Assembly (NCBI GenBank): GCA_041742075.1
Contig: JBGSJJ010000011.1
Coordinates: 1 to 61,915 of the forward strand
Source: Minisyncoccia bacterium
Lineage (GTDB): Bacteria > Patescibacteriota > Minisyncoccia > Phycocordibacterales > UBA918
DNA length: 61,915 nucleotides
Direction of reading: 5' to 3'
Each line of letters begins with the position of its first letter. Within the stretch, counting starts at the first letter, position 1. Made by a program: the position numbers and the translations under genes. Positions 17,901-26,059 of this stretch are shown here, piece by piece. Below the pieces are notes generated by a model. That model had not been told where the DNA came from, did not search any database, and was given only the letters and a program-made list of their open reading frames with translations.

Positions 17901-18599
17901 ATGAACGCTCTTCTTAAACTACTCATTAGAGAAGGTCAGTTTCATACCGGTAAACATTTTGTTTACACTAGTGGGCGTCATGGTGAAGTGTATGTAAATT
18001 TGCGTTTTTTGGATACTCCAAACTTCGAAAATGACATTAGACTTCATAGCTACTCGCTTTTATTGCAGGCACTCAAGGCCATGAAACCAGACTTCACTCG
18101 ACCAATTGTCGTAGTTGGTGTTGAAACTCTTGGTGCTAAAATGGCCAGGTACAGCGTTGAGGAATACAATCGAAGACACAGCACTCGCATTCGCTTCGCT
18201 GTGCTTGAAGCAAACAAACACGAAGACGGTTCAAAATCATTTGTTTGGTCAAGCAAGAATCCAGCTATCAATCACCTACTTCAAGAAGACACGCAGGTGA
18301 TTTGGATGGACGACCTACTCAATACTGCTTCGACATTAAAGCGCACGAGGCAAATCATCGAAACCTTCGCGCCAATCATGACTGTCGCAGTATTGTTTGA
18401 CCGGAGAAGCTTCAGCGTAGAATCACTCCATGTACCATTCACGGTATCGCTTATCAAACGCCCGATTGAAACATTTGACCCTGAAGTAAACCCTTGCCCG
18501 TTCTGTAGAGCAAGTATTCCAGTTGTCACAAACCTAGGTCATGGTGCCAATTGGAAGAAATCCAATCCTGCCTACAAGGGTGGATTTGAAGAAGTTTAA
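17901..18599 (+). CDS. phosphoribosyltransferase-family protein (OPRTase-like)
   Basis: FVYTSGRHGEVYVN and the PRPP loop VIWMDDLLNTASTL. The start was set at MNALLKLL rather than the longer ORF. Confidence 0.65.
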   Translation: MNALLKLLIREGQFHTGKHFVYTSGRHGEVYVNLRFLDTPNFENDIRLHSYSLLLQALKAMKPDFTRPIVVVGVETLGAKMARYSVEEYNRRHSTRIRFAVLEANKHEDGSKSFVWSSKNPAINHLLQEDTQVIWMDDLLNTASTLKRTRQIIETFAPIMTVAVLFDRRSFSVESLHVPFTVSLIKRPIETFDPEVNPCPFCRASIPVVTNLGHGANWKKSNPAYKGGFEEV

Positions 18600-18676
18600 T
18601 CAGCGTTTTTACCCAGCGAATCAATTTGGATTCGCTGGGCTTTTCATTTATGTATAATTATTGGTACACTCGCACT

Positions 18677-19579
18677 ATGACTGAAGAAGAAAAGCTCAAT
18701 ATCGTAGTGATTGTCGGACCGACCGGGTCAGGTAAAACTGCGCTTTCACTGATGATTGCTGGAAAGTATAACGGTGAGGTTATTTCAGCTGACTCCAGAC
18801 AGGTCTACCGTGGACTGGATATTGGAACCGAGAAAATTACTGAAGAAGAAAAGCTCGGTATCCCGCATCACCTTATCAGCATTATTCCCCTCGAGCAGGT
18901 CTATACTGCTGTCGACTTCAAACATGACGCCGAAAGAGCTATTGCTGAAATGGCAAGTCGAGGAAAGTTGCCGGTGATAGCTGGAGGAACTTTTTTCTAC
19001 ATTGATACACTTCTTGGCCGTGTCAGTACACCACCTGTAGCAATAGACGCTTCAATGCGTGCCATCCTTGAAGAGTGGTCTACCGAAGAACTATTTGCTG
19101 AACTCCTAAAGCGTGACCCGCGTCGCGCTCTCACTATTGACAAAAATAACCCACGAAGACTCATACGTGCCCTCGAAATTACTGAAACAATGGGTACTGT
19201 TCCCGAGACAATACTAAAAGAGTGTCCCTATAATGTGCTTATGCTCGGAATTAAAACTAAACCAACAGAATTACGAGAACGACTCCAGGCACGGGCAGAA
19301 AGAGCTATAGACCGAGGTTTGATAGAAGAGACGAAGCAGTTACTTGCTCAGGGTGCGAGCGCAGAGCGTCTGAGAGAGATTGGTCTTGAGTATCGACTCG
19401 TCCTCGATTATCTAGACGGCACAATGACAAAACAAGAACTCATACAAAAGTGTACAGAGAAAAACTGGCAATATGCGAAGCGACAACGTATGTGGCTCAA
19501 GCGCGATACTTCAATAGTTTGGGTAAACATCAACGATACGGAATCAATTCTCAAAATCGTACAAAACTTCCTCAATTGA
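18677..19579 (+). CDS. miaA: tRNA dimethylallyltransferase
   Basis: P-loop VIVGPTGSGKT, SADSRQVYRGLDIGT, GGTFFY. Confidence 0.92.
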   Translation: MTEEEKLNIVVIVGPTGSGKTALSLMIAGKYNGEVISADSRQVYRGLDIGTEKITEEEKLGIPHHLISIIPLEQVYTAVDFKHDAERAIAEMASRGKLPVIAGGTFFYIDTLLGRVSTPPVAIDASMRAILEEWSTEELFAELLKRDPRRALTIDKNNPRRLIRALEITETMGTVPETILKECPYNVLMLGIKTKPTELRERLQARAERAIDRGLIEETKQLLAQGASAERLREIGLEYRLVLDYLDGTMTKQELIQKCTEKNWQYAKRQRMWLKRDTSIVWVNINDTESILKIVQNFLN

Positions 19580-19636
19580 CCAAATGCCCTCTTTCGCCTA
19601 CTATTACTGCCACGCATATTAAGCGTGAAGCAAATT

Positions 19637-19792
19637 GGACCTATAGTTCAGTGGTAAGAGATGTTCTGAAGAACACTCTTTCTGTCATCGTTCGCTCGGT
19701 CATGTGAGAGTAAACTCTCCCCGACCCTCGCTCACTCGACAGGAGAATGCCTAGGTTTCAAATACAAGATATAGTGATGTAATAAAAATTCA
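19637..19792 (+). repeat. tRNA-like 5' mimic upstream of tRNA-Trp (a copy of the acceptor 5' strand and D-arm, followed by hairpins). Not a functional tRNA.
   Basis: GGACCTATAGTTCAGTGGTAAGAGA versus GGGCCTATAGTTCAGTGGTAGAATG of tRNA-Trp. The would-be anticodon arm is TGTTC-tgaa-GAACA (4-nt loop). Also present: hairpin GAGAG-taaa-CTCTC, long-range TTCTGTC/GACAGGA pairing, and TAGGTTT able to pair with the 5' strand. Confidence 0.6.
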
Positions 19793-19863
19793 GGGCCTAT
19801 AGTTCAGTGGTAGAATGCCGGTTTCCAAAACCGTTGACCGAGGTTCGAATCCTCGTGGGCCCG
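19793..19863 (+). tRNA. tRNA-Trp (anticodon CCA)
   Basis: Acceptor GGGCCTA/TGGGCCC, loop TTCCAAA, T-arm CGAGG-TTCGAAT-CCTCG. Confidence 0.9.
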
Positions 19864-19875
19864 CAAAATGAAAAG

Positions 19876-19906
19876 GCCAAAGCGTTTACATAGCTTTGGT
19901 TTTTTC
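19876..19906 (+). terminator. Rho-independent terminator after tRNA-Trp
   Basis: CCAAAGC-gtttacata-GCTTTGG followed by TTTTTT. Confidence 0.7.
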
Positions 19907-19912
19907 TTATTT

Positions 19913-20023
19913 TGCGAGGTCCACGAGGATTCGAAAAGCTTTTGAGATAGATTTGACTGAAAGGAAAATATATCCAAAAGGTATACTGGTCATGTAATGA
20001 CCGAAACTCCTCGTGGGCCCGCA
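19913..20023 (+). repeat. tRNA-tail mimic element, type 1 (Trp copy)
   Basis: TGCGAGGTCCACGAGGA is a near-complete antisense of the tRNA-Trp 3' end. It is followed by TTCGAAAAG, a core 44 nt identical to the Leu-CAA copy, TATACTG, hairpin GGTCA-TGTAA-TGACC, then TCCTCGTGGGCCCGCA (identical to the tRNA tail). Confidence 0.85.
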
Positions 20024-20096
20024 GTAGCAAACAAAACAAACCAGAAGCGCGAGCTTCTGGTTTGTTTTGTTTAGAACGAGCACTTCTGCTCGTTCG

Positions 20097-20278
20097 GCTA
20101 CTGCGGGAGCCGGAGCGGTGTGAGCTTGCGAACCGCGAGGCGGGGTCGCGAGCGCGAGTGGCGACGAGCGACTTGTGACCGCAAGGGAGGTCCACGAGGA
20201 TTCGAAAAGGTTAACTAATATTTTGTGACGCAGGAGCAAAAATATTGATAACCTGTACTGATACTGTAAGAATCGAAA
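20097..20278 (+). repeat. Variant tail-mimic element: inverted copy of the preceding tail, a GC-rich junction module and a type 1-like core, but no 3' tail
   Basis: GCTACTGCGGG (20097-20107) is the reverse complement of CCCGCAGTAGC (20018-20028). It is followed by AGCCGGAGCGGTGTGAGCTTGCGAACCGCGAGGCGGGG, then GGTCCACGAGGATTCGAAAAGG, P2 GGTTA...TAACC and TGTACTGA...TGTAA. Confidence 0.65.
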
Positions 20279-20287
20279 TACTAAATT

Positions 20288-21553
20288 TTAGCTACCATAA
20301 ATCGAGAAGTGTGGGGCTGATATCCAATCACCTAAAACTTTGATATCAGCAGGATTAACTCCGCCAGCTACCAGCTGGTCACGTTGACCACTTGTTACTA
20401 CTTCATACACAGGACGAAGGCCATTCGCTCGAGCAGCATTAATGACTGTAAGTACTTCTTGAGCGTTCATCCCACCCGCCTTACTATAGTCAACGCACGT
20501 TCCATTCATATGGCACTGACTTTTGTGTACCCGTGACGGAGGCATCGCTTCTGTTACCCGCGAACCGATTACCCCAGCTGACACAATATCGGAATGAAAG
20601 GCATTAAATCTACCAACCAAATCGGGAGCAATTGAACAGCTATTTGAATTTGAGCAGGGTACGTTAAGTGGTACACAGGTGCCACCACTGCAACCCTGAC
20701 TCTGAATAGGGTCTTCATCAGTACCACCACCTGGGTCAGTGGTACAGAAGCCACCAATGGTAGAATTCCCTGTCGGCGGAGTCCAAACTCCTCTCATAAA
20801 TCTACAAGTCTCAACGGCTCCGCTACAATCAGCTACCGCGTCAATTCCGCCACCAGCAAGACACGTAATCGGTACTTGATTTGGTCGTCCCACTGCCCCT
20901 TCACGAATACACGTTACCTGGTTATTTTCTGAGATGTCGGCATCGAGGCGACCTCGAATACACGCTTCTACTGCCGGCTGACAGTCAAAGGAGTTAGTCA
21001 AAATAACAAAGAGACATTGAGTGGTCTGATTCAGTTGACCGACTGGCCCTTCTTCAAAGTTAAACCCAAGGTCTTCAAGCGTTGCTCGAGTATTATTAAA
21101 GTCAATTCCATTCCTGTCACTCTCGACTGGTTCCGGTCGATAGATCTCCCCACACTCAACTGGTTCCCAAACACCATAATCACTTCCCGTTAAAGCTTTC
21201 ATGATAGTGTCAACAATTGTCCACGCAGCGACCAGTAGTATCAATCCAATCATGGCATTAACAAAATACGTCTTGGCGTTTTCATACGCCGACTGGTTCC
21301 CGGCTGAAGTCACGAGACCAAAACCAGCATACGCCAACACCATCACAATGAGCAGAATCGAAATGGTAACAATCCAGTCAACGATGACGTCAAACAACTC
21401 GACAAATAAACAAAAATTACAATCTGTTCCACTACAGGTCACTAAGCCGGCAGGTCCGCTGTCTTGCCCAAACGCTATACTTGGAAATAAAAATAGAAAA
21501 AAAACTAACACTGAAGGGATTTTCATAAGATTGTATAATTTTATAAAATTCAT
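20288..21553 (-). CDS. secreted/membrane fusion protein: pilin-like (VirB2/TrbC-like) N-terminal domain, Cys-rich linker and a LAS/M15-like zinc peptidase C-terminal domain
   Basis: Signal peptide, CSGTDCNFC, two TM helices and YGVWEPVEC. The C-terminal HMNGTCVD (H-x6-D) and APHF resemble VanY/M15 D,D-peptidases. Confidence 0.6.
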   Translation of the reverse strand: MNFIKLYNLMKIPSVLVFFLFLFPSIAFGQDSGPAGLVTCSGTDCNFCLFVELFDVIVDWIVTISILLIVMVLAYAGFGLVTSAGNQSAYENAKTYFVNAMIGLILLVAAWTIVDTIMKALTGSDYGVWEPVECGEIYRPEPVESDRNGIDFNNTRATLEDLGFNFEEGPVGQLNQTTQCLFVILTNSFDCQPAVEACIRGRLDADISENNQVTCIREGAVGRPNQVPITCLAGGGIDAVADCSGAVETCRFMRGVWTPPTGNSTIGGFCTTDPGGGTDEDPIQSQGCSGGTCVPLNVPCSNSNSCSIAPDLVGRFNAFHSDIVSAGVIGSRVTEAMPPSRVHKSQCHMNGTCVDYSKAGGMNAQEVLTVINAARANGLRPVYEVVTSGQRDQLVAGGVNPADIKVLGDWISAPHFSIYGS

Positions 21554-21580
21554 AAAAAATATTTATTTTAATCTAAATCG

Positions 21581-22093
21581 TCACGGTTGCTTGCAAAACG
21601 TTAGATCAAATCTTCTACCTTGATAATCAGGATTCACTGAGTATGGCACACCTATATATACATTAAGCTTGCAGGCGTCGACATCTGAAATCTGAAGTAG
21701 TTGCGAAAAGTACCGGCTTGCCAACTCATGATTTAAAGCTATTGGCTCATTTTCAATAGCGATTGAAAATGAGTTATCTATCTCTGAATAAAGAAGTGAA
21801 AATGGAGCATCTGGGTCCCCTACCTCTCCTCTAAGGTGATAAAAGCCTTCTCCAGGTTTTGTAACTTCAGGCAGTGTGCGTATATCAAAGATTTCTATCA
21901 CTCCCGCATCGGTAGGTATAAGGGTTGTGTATGGATCTTCACTTTCTGGACGTTCTACAGTACCAAGATCTTCTAGATCTGTATACCCTGAATTTTTATC
22001 TTTCTGAGAAGTATCCATAAAATATTGAAAAATAATTGTTCCTAAAACAAGAACGGTGATAGTACCAAGAGCTAAGATTAGTATTTTTTGCAT
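21581..22093 (-). CDS. membrane-anchored hypothetical protein
   Basis: MQKILILALGTITVLVLGTIIF anchor. The start was set at the internal Met so it does not overlap the upstream gene. Confidence 0.5.
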   Translation of the reverse strand: MQKILILALGTITVLVLGTIIFQYFMDTSQKDKNSGYTDLEDLGTVERPESEDPYTTLIPTDAGVIEIFDIRTLPEVTKPGEGFYHLRGEVGDPDAPFSLLYSEIDNSFSIAIENEPIALNHELASRYFSQLLQISDVDACKLNVYIGVPYSVNPDYQGRRFDLTFCKQP

Positions 22094-22101
22094 ATTTAAT
22101 A

Positions 22102-23229
22102 CTATTGTAACCCACAACCAGCCGCTGTTGACCATGGTCTCCAGCTATTTCCGGCCTCACGATAAATACGAGCTCCGTTTCGAATGTTACAGGCATGATT
22201 TTGTGCAGCTTCAGCACACTGCTGGTACAAGGCTTCGTTTATTACCACAGCGTCATAGTTACGACCAGAAAAAGCGTCGAGACAACGCATTGTAGCTGGG
22301 TAGCCGGGACAGTCTCGGAGTTCATGTACCGTGAGATTGATCTGCATTGGTCCAAAAGAGAAGGCTCTTCCGTCTACTCGCATTACGTCTGTTCTACTCA
22401 CTCCTGAAGCACCGCACGAACTTTCTGCTTCAATAATACACTGAGCATTACCAGTGTTGCTTCCAAAAAATGGTCCAATAACAGAAGTACTGCAAGCCCC
22501 ACCCGCTGATCGATCAGGGGGCCGTCTTCGGTCTGAAGGAAGTACTGAAACATCATTGGTTATAACACACTCAAACTGTCCAAGACCTTCGCCTGCTCTA
22601 ATTTGCCCCCCTTCCGCACGACACCAGTCAATACAGCCACCCGGAACAGCTGTAACTTCATCTGGACAATCTATCACATCAAAACCTCCCGCAATAAGCC
22701 TGTCTCTTGGCGTAACGCGAAGTTCATCGATAATCCAACCGCAATTAAGTCTTTCAAATTCAGGCGGTGGTAAGTCAGGATTGGTACAAGAAACCAAGTC
22801 AATACCCTGTCTATCACTTTCAAACTCCTGAGGTTCATAAGCACTCTGGTCAACACACTCAACACTATTCCACACGCCATACTCTCCCTCCCTGAGCAAA
22901 CCTTTCAAGACAGTATCAACAATAAGCCAAGCCGCGAGTGCAATTACAATCCCGAGCGCAAGGTTTGAAATAGTTTTCTTAATAAACGTTAAACCATTAT
23001 CATTACCCATTGAAGTAACCGAAACCAGTCCAGCGTACACAATTGCCACCCCAGCCAAAATAGCGAGCATACTAATGAGCCACGTCATCACGTTGCTAAT
23101 GAGTGGAATAATGTGACAGGTCTGACACGCTTCCTCACCGGGATTTCCACATGGCACGAGATTAGCTGAGAAAACAGACTCTGGGACAAGAGCACACGCT
23201 ACTAAAAATATGAACGCGATATACCGCAT
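22102..23229 (-). CDS. secreted/membrane fusion protein: pilin-like N-terminal domain and a lytic-transglycosylase (SLT/lysozyme-like) C-terminal domain
   Basis: Signal peptide, CGNPGEEACQTC, two TM helices and YGVWNSVEC. The C-terminal IIEAESSCGASG...SFGPMQINL matches the E-S...G-x-MQ pattern of family-1 lytic transglycosylases. Confidence 0.6.
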   Translation of the reverse strand: MRYIAFIFLVACALVPESVFSANLVPCGNPGEEACQTCHIIPLISNVMTWLISMLAILAGVAIVYAGLVSVTSMGNDNGLTFIKKTISNLALGIVIALAAWLIVDTVLKGLLREGEYGVWNSVECVDQSAYEPQEFESDRQGIDLVSCTNPDLPPPEFERLNCGWIIDELRVTPRDRLIAGGFDVIDCPDEVTAVPGGCIDWCRAEGGQIRAGEGLGQFECVITNDVSVLPSDRRRPPDRSAGGACSTSVIGPFFGSNTGNAQCIIEAESSCGASGVSRTDVMRVDGRAFSFGPMQINLTVHELRDCPGYPATMRCLDAFSGRNYDAVVINEALYQQCAEAAQNHACNIRNGARIYREAGNSWRPWSTAAGCGLQ

Positions 23230-23294
23230 ATATTATAGTAATGGTAGCACAGACCCATCTACCCTTTTCTTACTGCCGTGAATATGGTAGCTTT

Positions 23295-23545
23295 ATGCGC
23301 ATGCTCGGGTGGCAGAGTAGAAACAAATAGTTTTCTTTCTACTTGTAAATGACGAGCGATCTGAGTTTACAAAGCAGTGAGTCATAAACTCAAAACAACA
23401 TATAAAGTACAACTTAATAACTATGCGTCGATGGCAGATTTAAAGTAAACTGCTTTACTTTAAATCAAAAGCTGAGCATAATGCGAGTTTACGAGCTAGT
23501 GCGAAATAAACTCAAATGTACAATGTCTACAATTGAATAATAACA
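23295..23545 (+). repeat. Two tandem units of about 125 bp upstream of tRNA-Tyr, each beginning with a copy of the tRNA 5' end
   Basis: Unit A starts ATGCGCATGCTCGGGTGGCAGAG and unit B starts ATGCGTCGATGGCAGA; the tRNA context is ATGCGTCGATGGCGGA. Both units carry a variable first hairpin, then GAGTTTA...TAAACTC, then AAA..TACAA..AATAA. Confidence 0.7.
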
Positions 23546-23547
23546 AT

Positions 23548-23631
23548 GCGTCGATGGCGGAGTGGTCAATCGCAACAGACTGTAAATCTGTCGGACATCG
23601 TCCTACGAAGGTTCGAATCCTTCTCGGCGCA
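23548..23631 (+). tRNA. tRNA-Tyr (anticodon GTA), class II
   Basis: Acceptor GCGTCGA/TCGGCGC, stem ACAGA/TCTGT, loop CTGTAAA, long variable arm, T-arm GAAGG-TTCGAAT-CCTTC. The terminator ATACCC...GGGGTATTTT follows. Confidence 0.9.
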
Positions 23632-23728
23632 CTTTTTAAAATACCCTTATTTATAGGGGTATTTTGTTGAGACAGAACAACTGGTTAGAACCTTTGCTAT
23701 ATTTAATCTTTTGGACTAAGATTTGGAC

Positions 23729-24382
23729 ATGAAAAGTGATTACCAAGAAAAACTCACCTCCCTATCCTCTCACGTTTCTAAAACTCTATTAAAATGGCAG
23801 GGTTTTAAAAAAAGAAGAAACGCATTCAATCGAAAATTGGACGGCGGAATAGTCCAAATAATAAGTTTCCAAGCTGGCAGTTACGAGCCATTTGCTATAG
23901 ACGTCCCAAACATGAACTACTTCCCTAACAGTTTATATGGAAAGTTTACAATCAACTTAGGAATATACATTGATGATTTACAAATTTTCATGCATGGTAA
24001 GAAACCAAAAGATTTTGTAAACGAATACGATTGCCAATTGAGAACGAGAGCTTCACACTTAGTTACCTCAACAGATGAATGGATTTCAATTGATAAAGAT
24101 TTCGATAAATTATCGAAAGAAACTACTAATCTAATTGAAAAATATGCACTACCTTTTCTAGATAGGTTTAATTCAAGAGAAAAAATAGAAGAATATTTTA
24201 AAACTGAAGGGACTACATTAACTAATATCCCTTTGGCATATTTAGCAATAATGTGCCATAAAGATGGTAACAATGAAGCAAGTTCTTCCTACATGAAAAA
24301 ACACATCGACTCAATCGTAAATCATGAAGGTCACAAAGAATATATGTTTGCGTTGGCTAAAAAACTTGGTCTGGATATTTAA
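23729..24382 (+). CDS. hypothetical protein (217 aa), AT-rich; the N-terminus resembles DUF4304-type proteins
   Basis: LLKWQGFKKRRNAFNRKLDGGIVQIISFQ follows the GFKK-x-GN-x-F-x-R...I-x-FQ pattern I recall for DUF4304 (from memory, unverified). The ORF is bracketed by GGTTAGAAC (23683-23691) and GTTCTAACC (24424-24432). Confidence 0.5.
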   Translation: MKSDYQEKLTSLSSHVSKTLLKWQGFKKRRNAFNRKLDGGIVQIISFQAGSYEPFAIDVPNMNYFPNSLYGKFTINLGIYIDDLQIFMHGKKPKDFVNEYDCQLRTRASHLVTSTDEWISIDKDFDKLSKETTNLIEKYALPFLDRFNSREKIEEYFKTEGTTLTNIPLAYLAIMCHKDGNNEASSSYMKKHIDSIVNHEGHKEYMFALAKKLGLDI

Positions 24383-24440
24383 CAAAATTTGGTAGAAAAC
24401 AGTAATCTGACTTAATAATCGCAGTTCTAACCTCTAGCAG

Positions 24441-24490
24441 TCCTGTGCACTTTTTAAAAACGAGCATCCACATTTGTGGGTGCCGTTTTT
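24441..24490 (+). repeat. Degenerate copy of the tRNA-Tyr tail plus downstream TTTTTAAAA and a terminator hairpin
   Basis: TCCTGTGCACTTTTTAAAAA compares with TCCTTCTCGGCGCACTTTTTAAAA at the tRNA, followed by GCATCCACA-ttt-GTGGGTGC and TTTTT. Confidence 0.6.
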
Positions 24491-24494
24491 ATTA

Positions 24495-24630
24495 GTGTGC
24501 CGAGAGTGAGTGACTCAATGTCACTCACGTAAAGATTCGAAAACCTTGCCTACTATTTTATGACGTTAGGAAATAAAATAGTGACAAGGTGTACTGAAGC
24601 TGTAAGCTTCGAAACTCCTTCTCGGCGCAC
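24495..24630 (+). repeat. tRNA-tail mimic element, type 1 (Tyr copy)
   Basis: GTGTGCCGAGA (anti-acceptor), hairpin GTGAGTGAC-tcaat-GTCACTCAC, GATTCGAAAA, P2 ACCTTG...CAAGGT, GTGTACTGA, hairpin GAAGC-TGTAA-GCTTC, then CGAAACTCCTTCTCGGCGCAC. Confidence 0.85.
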
Positions 24631-24635
24631 ATAAC

Positions 24636-24664
24636 TTGACAATACACTAGAAATGGTGTATTGT
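24636..24664 (+). promoter_or_regulatory. sigma70-like promoter (TTGACA, 17-nt spacer, TATTGT) 6 nt after the duplicated tail
   Basis: TTGACA 24636-24641, TATTGT 24659-24664. It points at ORF 24847-25236. Confidence 0.55.
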
Positions 24665-24846
24665 TTTGCATAAATCTAATCAGTATGGAGTCTGCTATGA
24701 GGTATCCCAGATAGCGGCTTCGGCTGCTTATTTTGTTCTTTTTCTTTCAAAAATCAAACCGCAACCCGCTCCCTATCAAATTCGTGATGGACCGCGTTCG
24801 GCCATAACCGCCGACCACCCATAACGAAGAAAGCTAGGAGCACAAC

Positions 24847-25236
24847 ATGAAGAAGCGTAACGAACATGGTCTGACTCAAAGTCAGGTTCGCAGGTTAGCG
24901 AATATTCTTTTGGAACTCCAGGGTGCACTCGAATCAGTGCGCAATGGGAACGGAACAACCGCCGACGTAGAGCAGTGGAAGAAACCCCTGTTCGAAAGAA
25001 CATCAGCGATTCTGGGTGAAAACCTAACGCGATACCATCAGACCATTGCCGCCCTCAGGCGACATGGAATCGTGGACGAGTTTCAGGAAGAAGCTGACCG
25101 AGAGGAAGCCGTGAAGCGTGATTTCAGGATGAGGCGTGCCGAACGATTCGGTCTCCCCTACGACTCCAAAGATAGCGCTTTCCTGGATAGGTACGAAGCG
25201 GAAGCAAATTGGCTCGACCAGTACGGTTCAAGCTAA
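24847..25236 (+). CDS. hypothetical protein (129 aa), visibly GC-richer
   Basis: Intact ORF with AGGAG 6 nt upstream. A hairpin and T-run follow at about 25271-25300. Confidence 0.5.
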   Translation: MKKRNEHGLTQSQVRRLANILLELQGALESVRNGNGTTADVEQWKKPLFERTSAILGENLTRYHQTIAALRRHGIVDEFQEEADREEAVKRDFRMRRAERFGLPYDSKDSAFLDRYEAEANWLDQYGSS

Positions 25237-25329
25237 TCGTAACCTCAATTATCAACAAGTCGTCACTCAAACGGAAAAGACCGTTTGGAGGGACGGCTTT
25301 TTCTATTGCCTCCTCACCACACAAAAGTG

Positions 25330-25354
25330 TCGAACCAGCTCCATCCCGGCGCAC
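25330..25354 (+). repeat. Further copy of the tRNA-Tyr tail (TCGAACCAGCTCCATCCCGGCGCAC) followed by TTTTAAAAAA and a terminator
   Basis: Same tail + TTTTAAAA + hairpin organisation as at 23612-23675 and 24441-24490. Confidence 0.6.
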
Positions 25355-25514
25355 TTTTAAAAAATGACCTTGTTTTGCAAGGACATTTTTCTTAGGAAAA
25401 GATAGAGTTCAAAAAATACTATATCCGTGCCATTTTTCTATAAATATTAAAGACTTGATCTTCTTGGATCCTTGTGTATAATTTGGATATCACGACGAAG
25501 AGGGTTCCGAACGG

Positions 25515-26040
25515 TTAATTGCCTAAGGAGCCCTTTTCTTTTGCTATCTTTTTTCTTACATCTAAATAGGACAGATCTGCAAAAAATTCAGCGCCCAATA
25601 CTTTATACAAAGACGACGCATAGCGTTGATTCGGAAACAATATTTTCTCCAGCTTATTCTCTTCCAGAAGAAAATCGACAAGCATTTTATAATCACCATC
25701 TCCAGACACAAGAACGATTTTAGCAAACGTGTCATCCTTATATACTTTTTTCATTATCGAAAAGATAATGTCAGAATCAACATTACCTTTCTTTTTACCA
25801 ATCATAGCTGAATTATGTTGGCGAAATACTAGAATAAATCCAGCCGACTGGATCTCTTCGTATAATTCTTGAGACCTTTCACTAATCTTGGACGTAACCG
25901 AGGAAATAGTATGCCTGATCAACATCGTACTTCTCCCTAAGGAAAACCCTAAATCTTGCCAAATCAACCTTCCACGAAGGTTCTCTCTTAGTGGTTCCCA
26001 TAAATAGATTCTGTCCGTCAACGTAAGTGAGATTTTTCAT
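25515..26040 (-). pseudogene. NYN/LabA-like (PIN-like) domain gene split by a 1-nt frameshift near 25885
   Basis: The N-terminal part lies in ORF 25882-26136 (MKNLTYVDGQNLF...YYFLGYVQD*). The C-terminal part lies in ORF 25515-26021 (...SQELYEEIQSAGFILVF...VLVSGDGDYKMLVDFL). Confidence 0.6.
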
Positions 26041-26059
26041 TGTAAAATTATACCAAACA

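Noticed and set aside
19637-19759. Possible tenth tRNA (acceptor GGACCTA/TAGGTTT with a good D-arm), perhaps intron-containing.
   Set aside because: The anticodon arm closes on a 4-nt loop (TGTTC-tgaa-GAACA). No T-arm with a TTCxA loop can be drawn, and the 5' 25 nt simply copy tRNA-Trp. I treated it as a tRNA-derived repeat. tRNAscan-SE or ARAGORN should be run to confirm.
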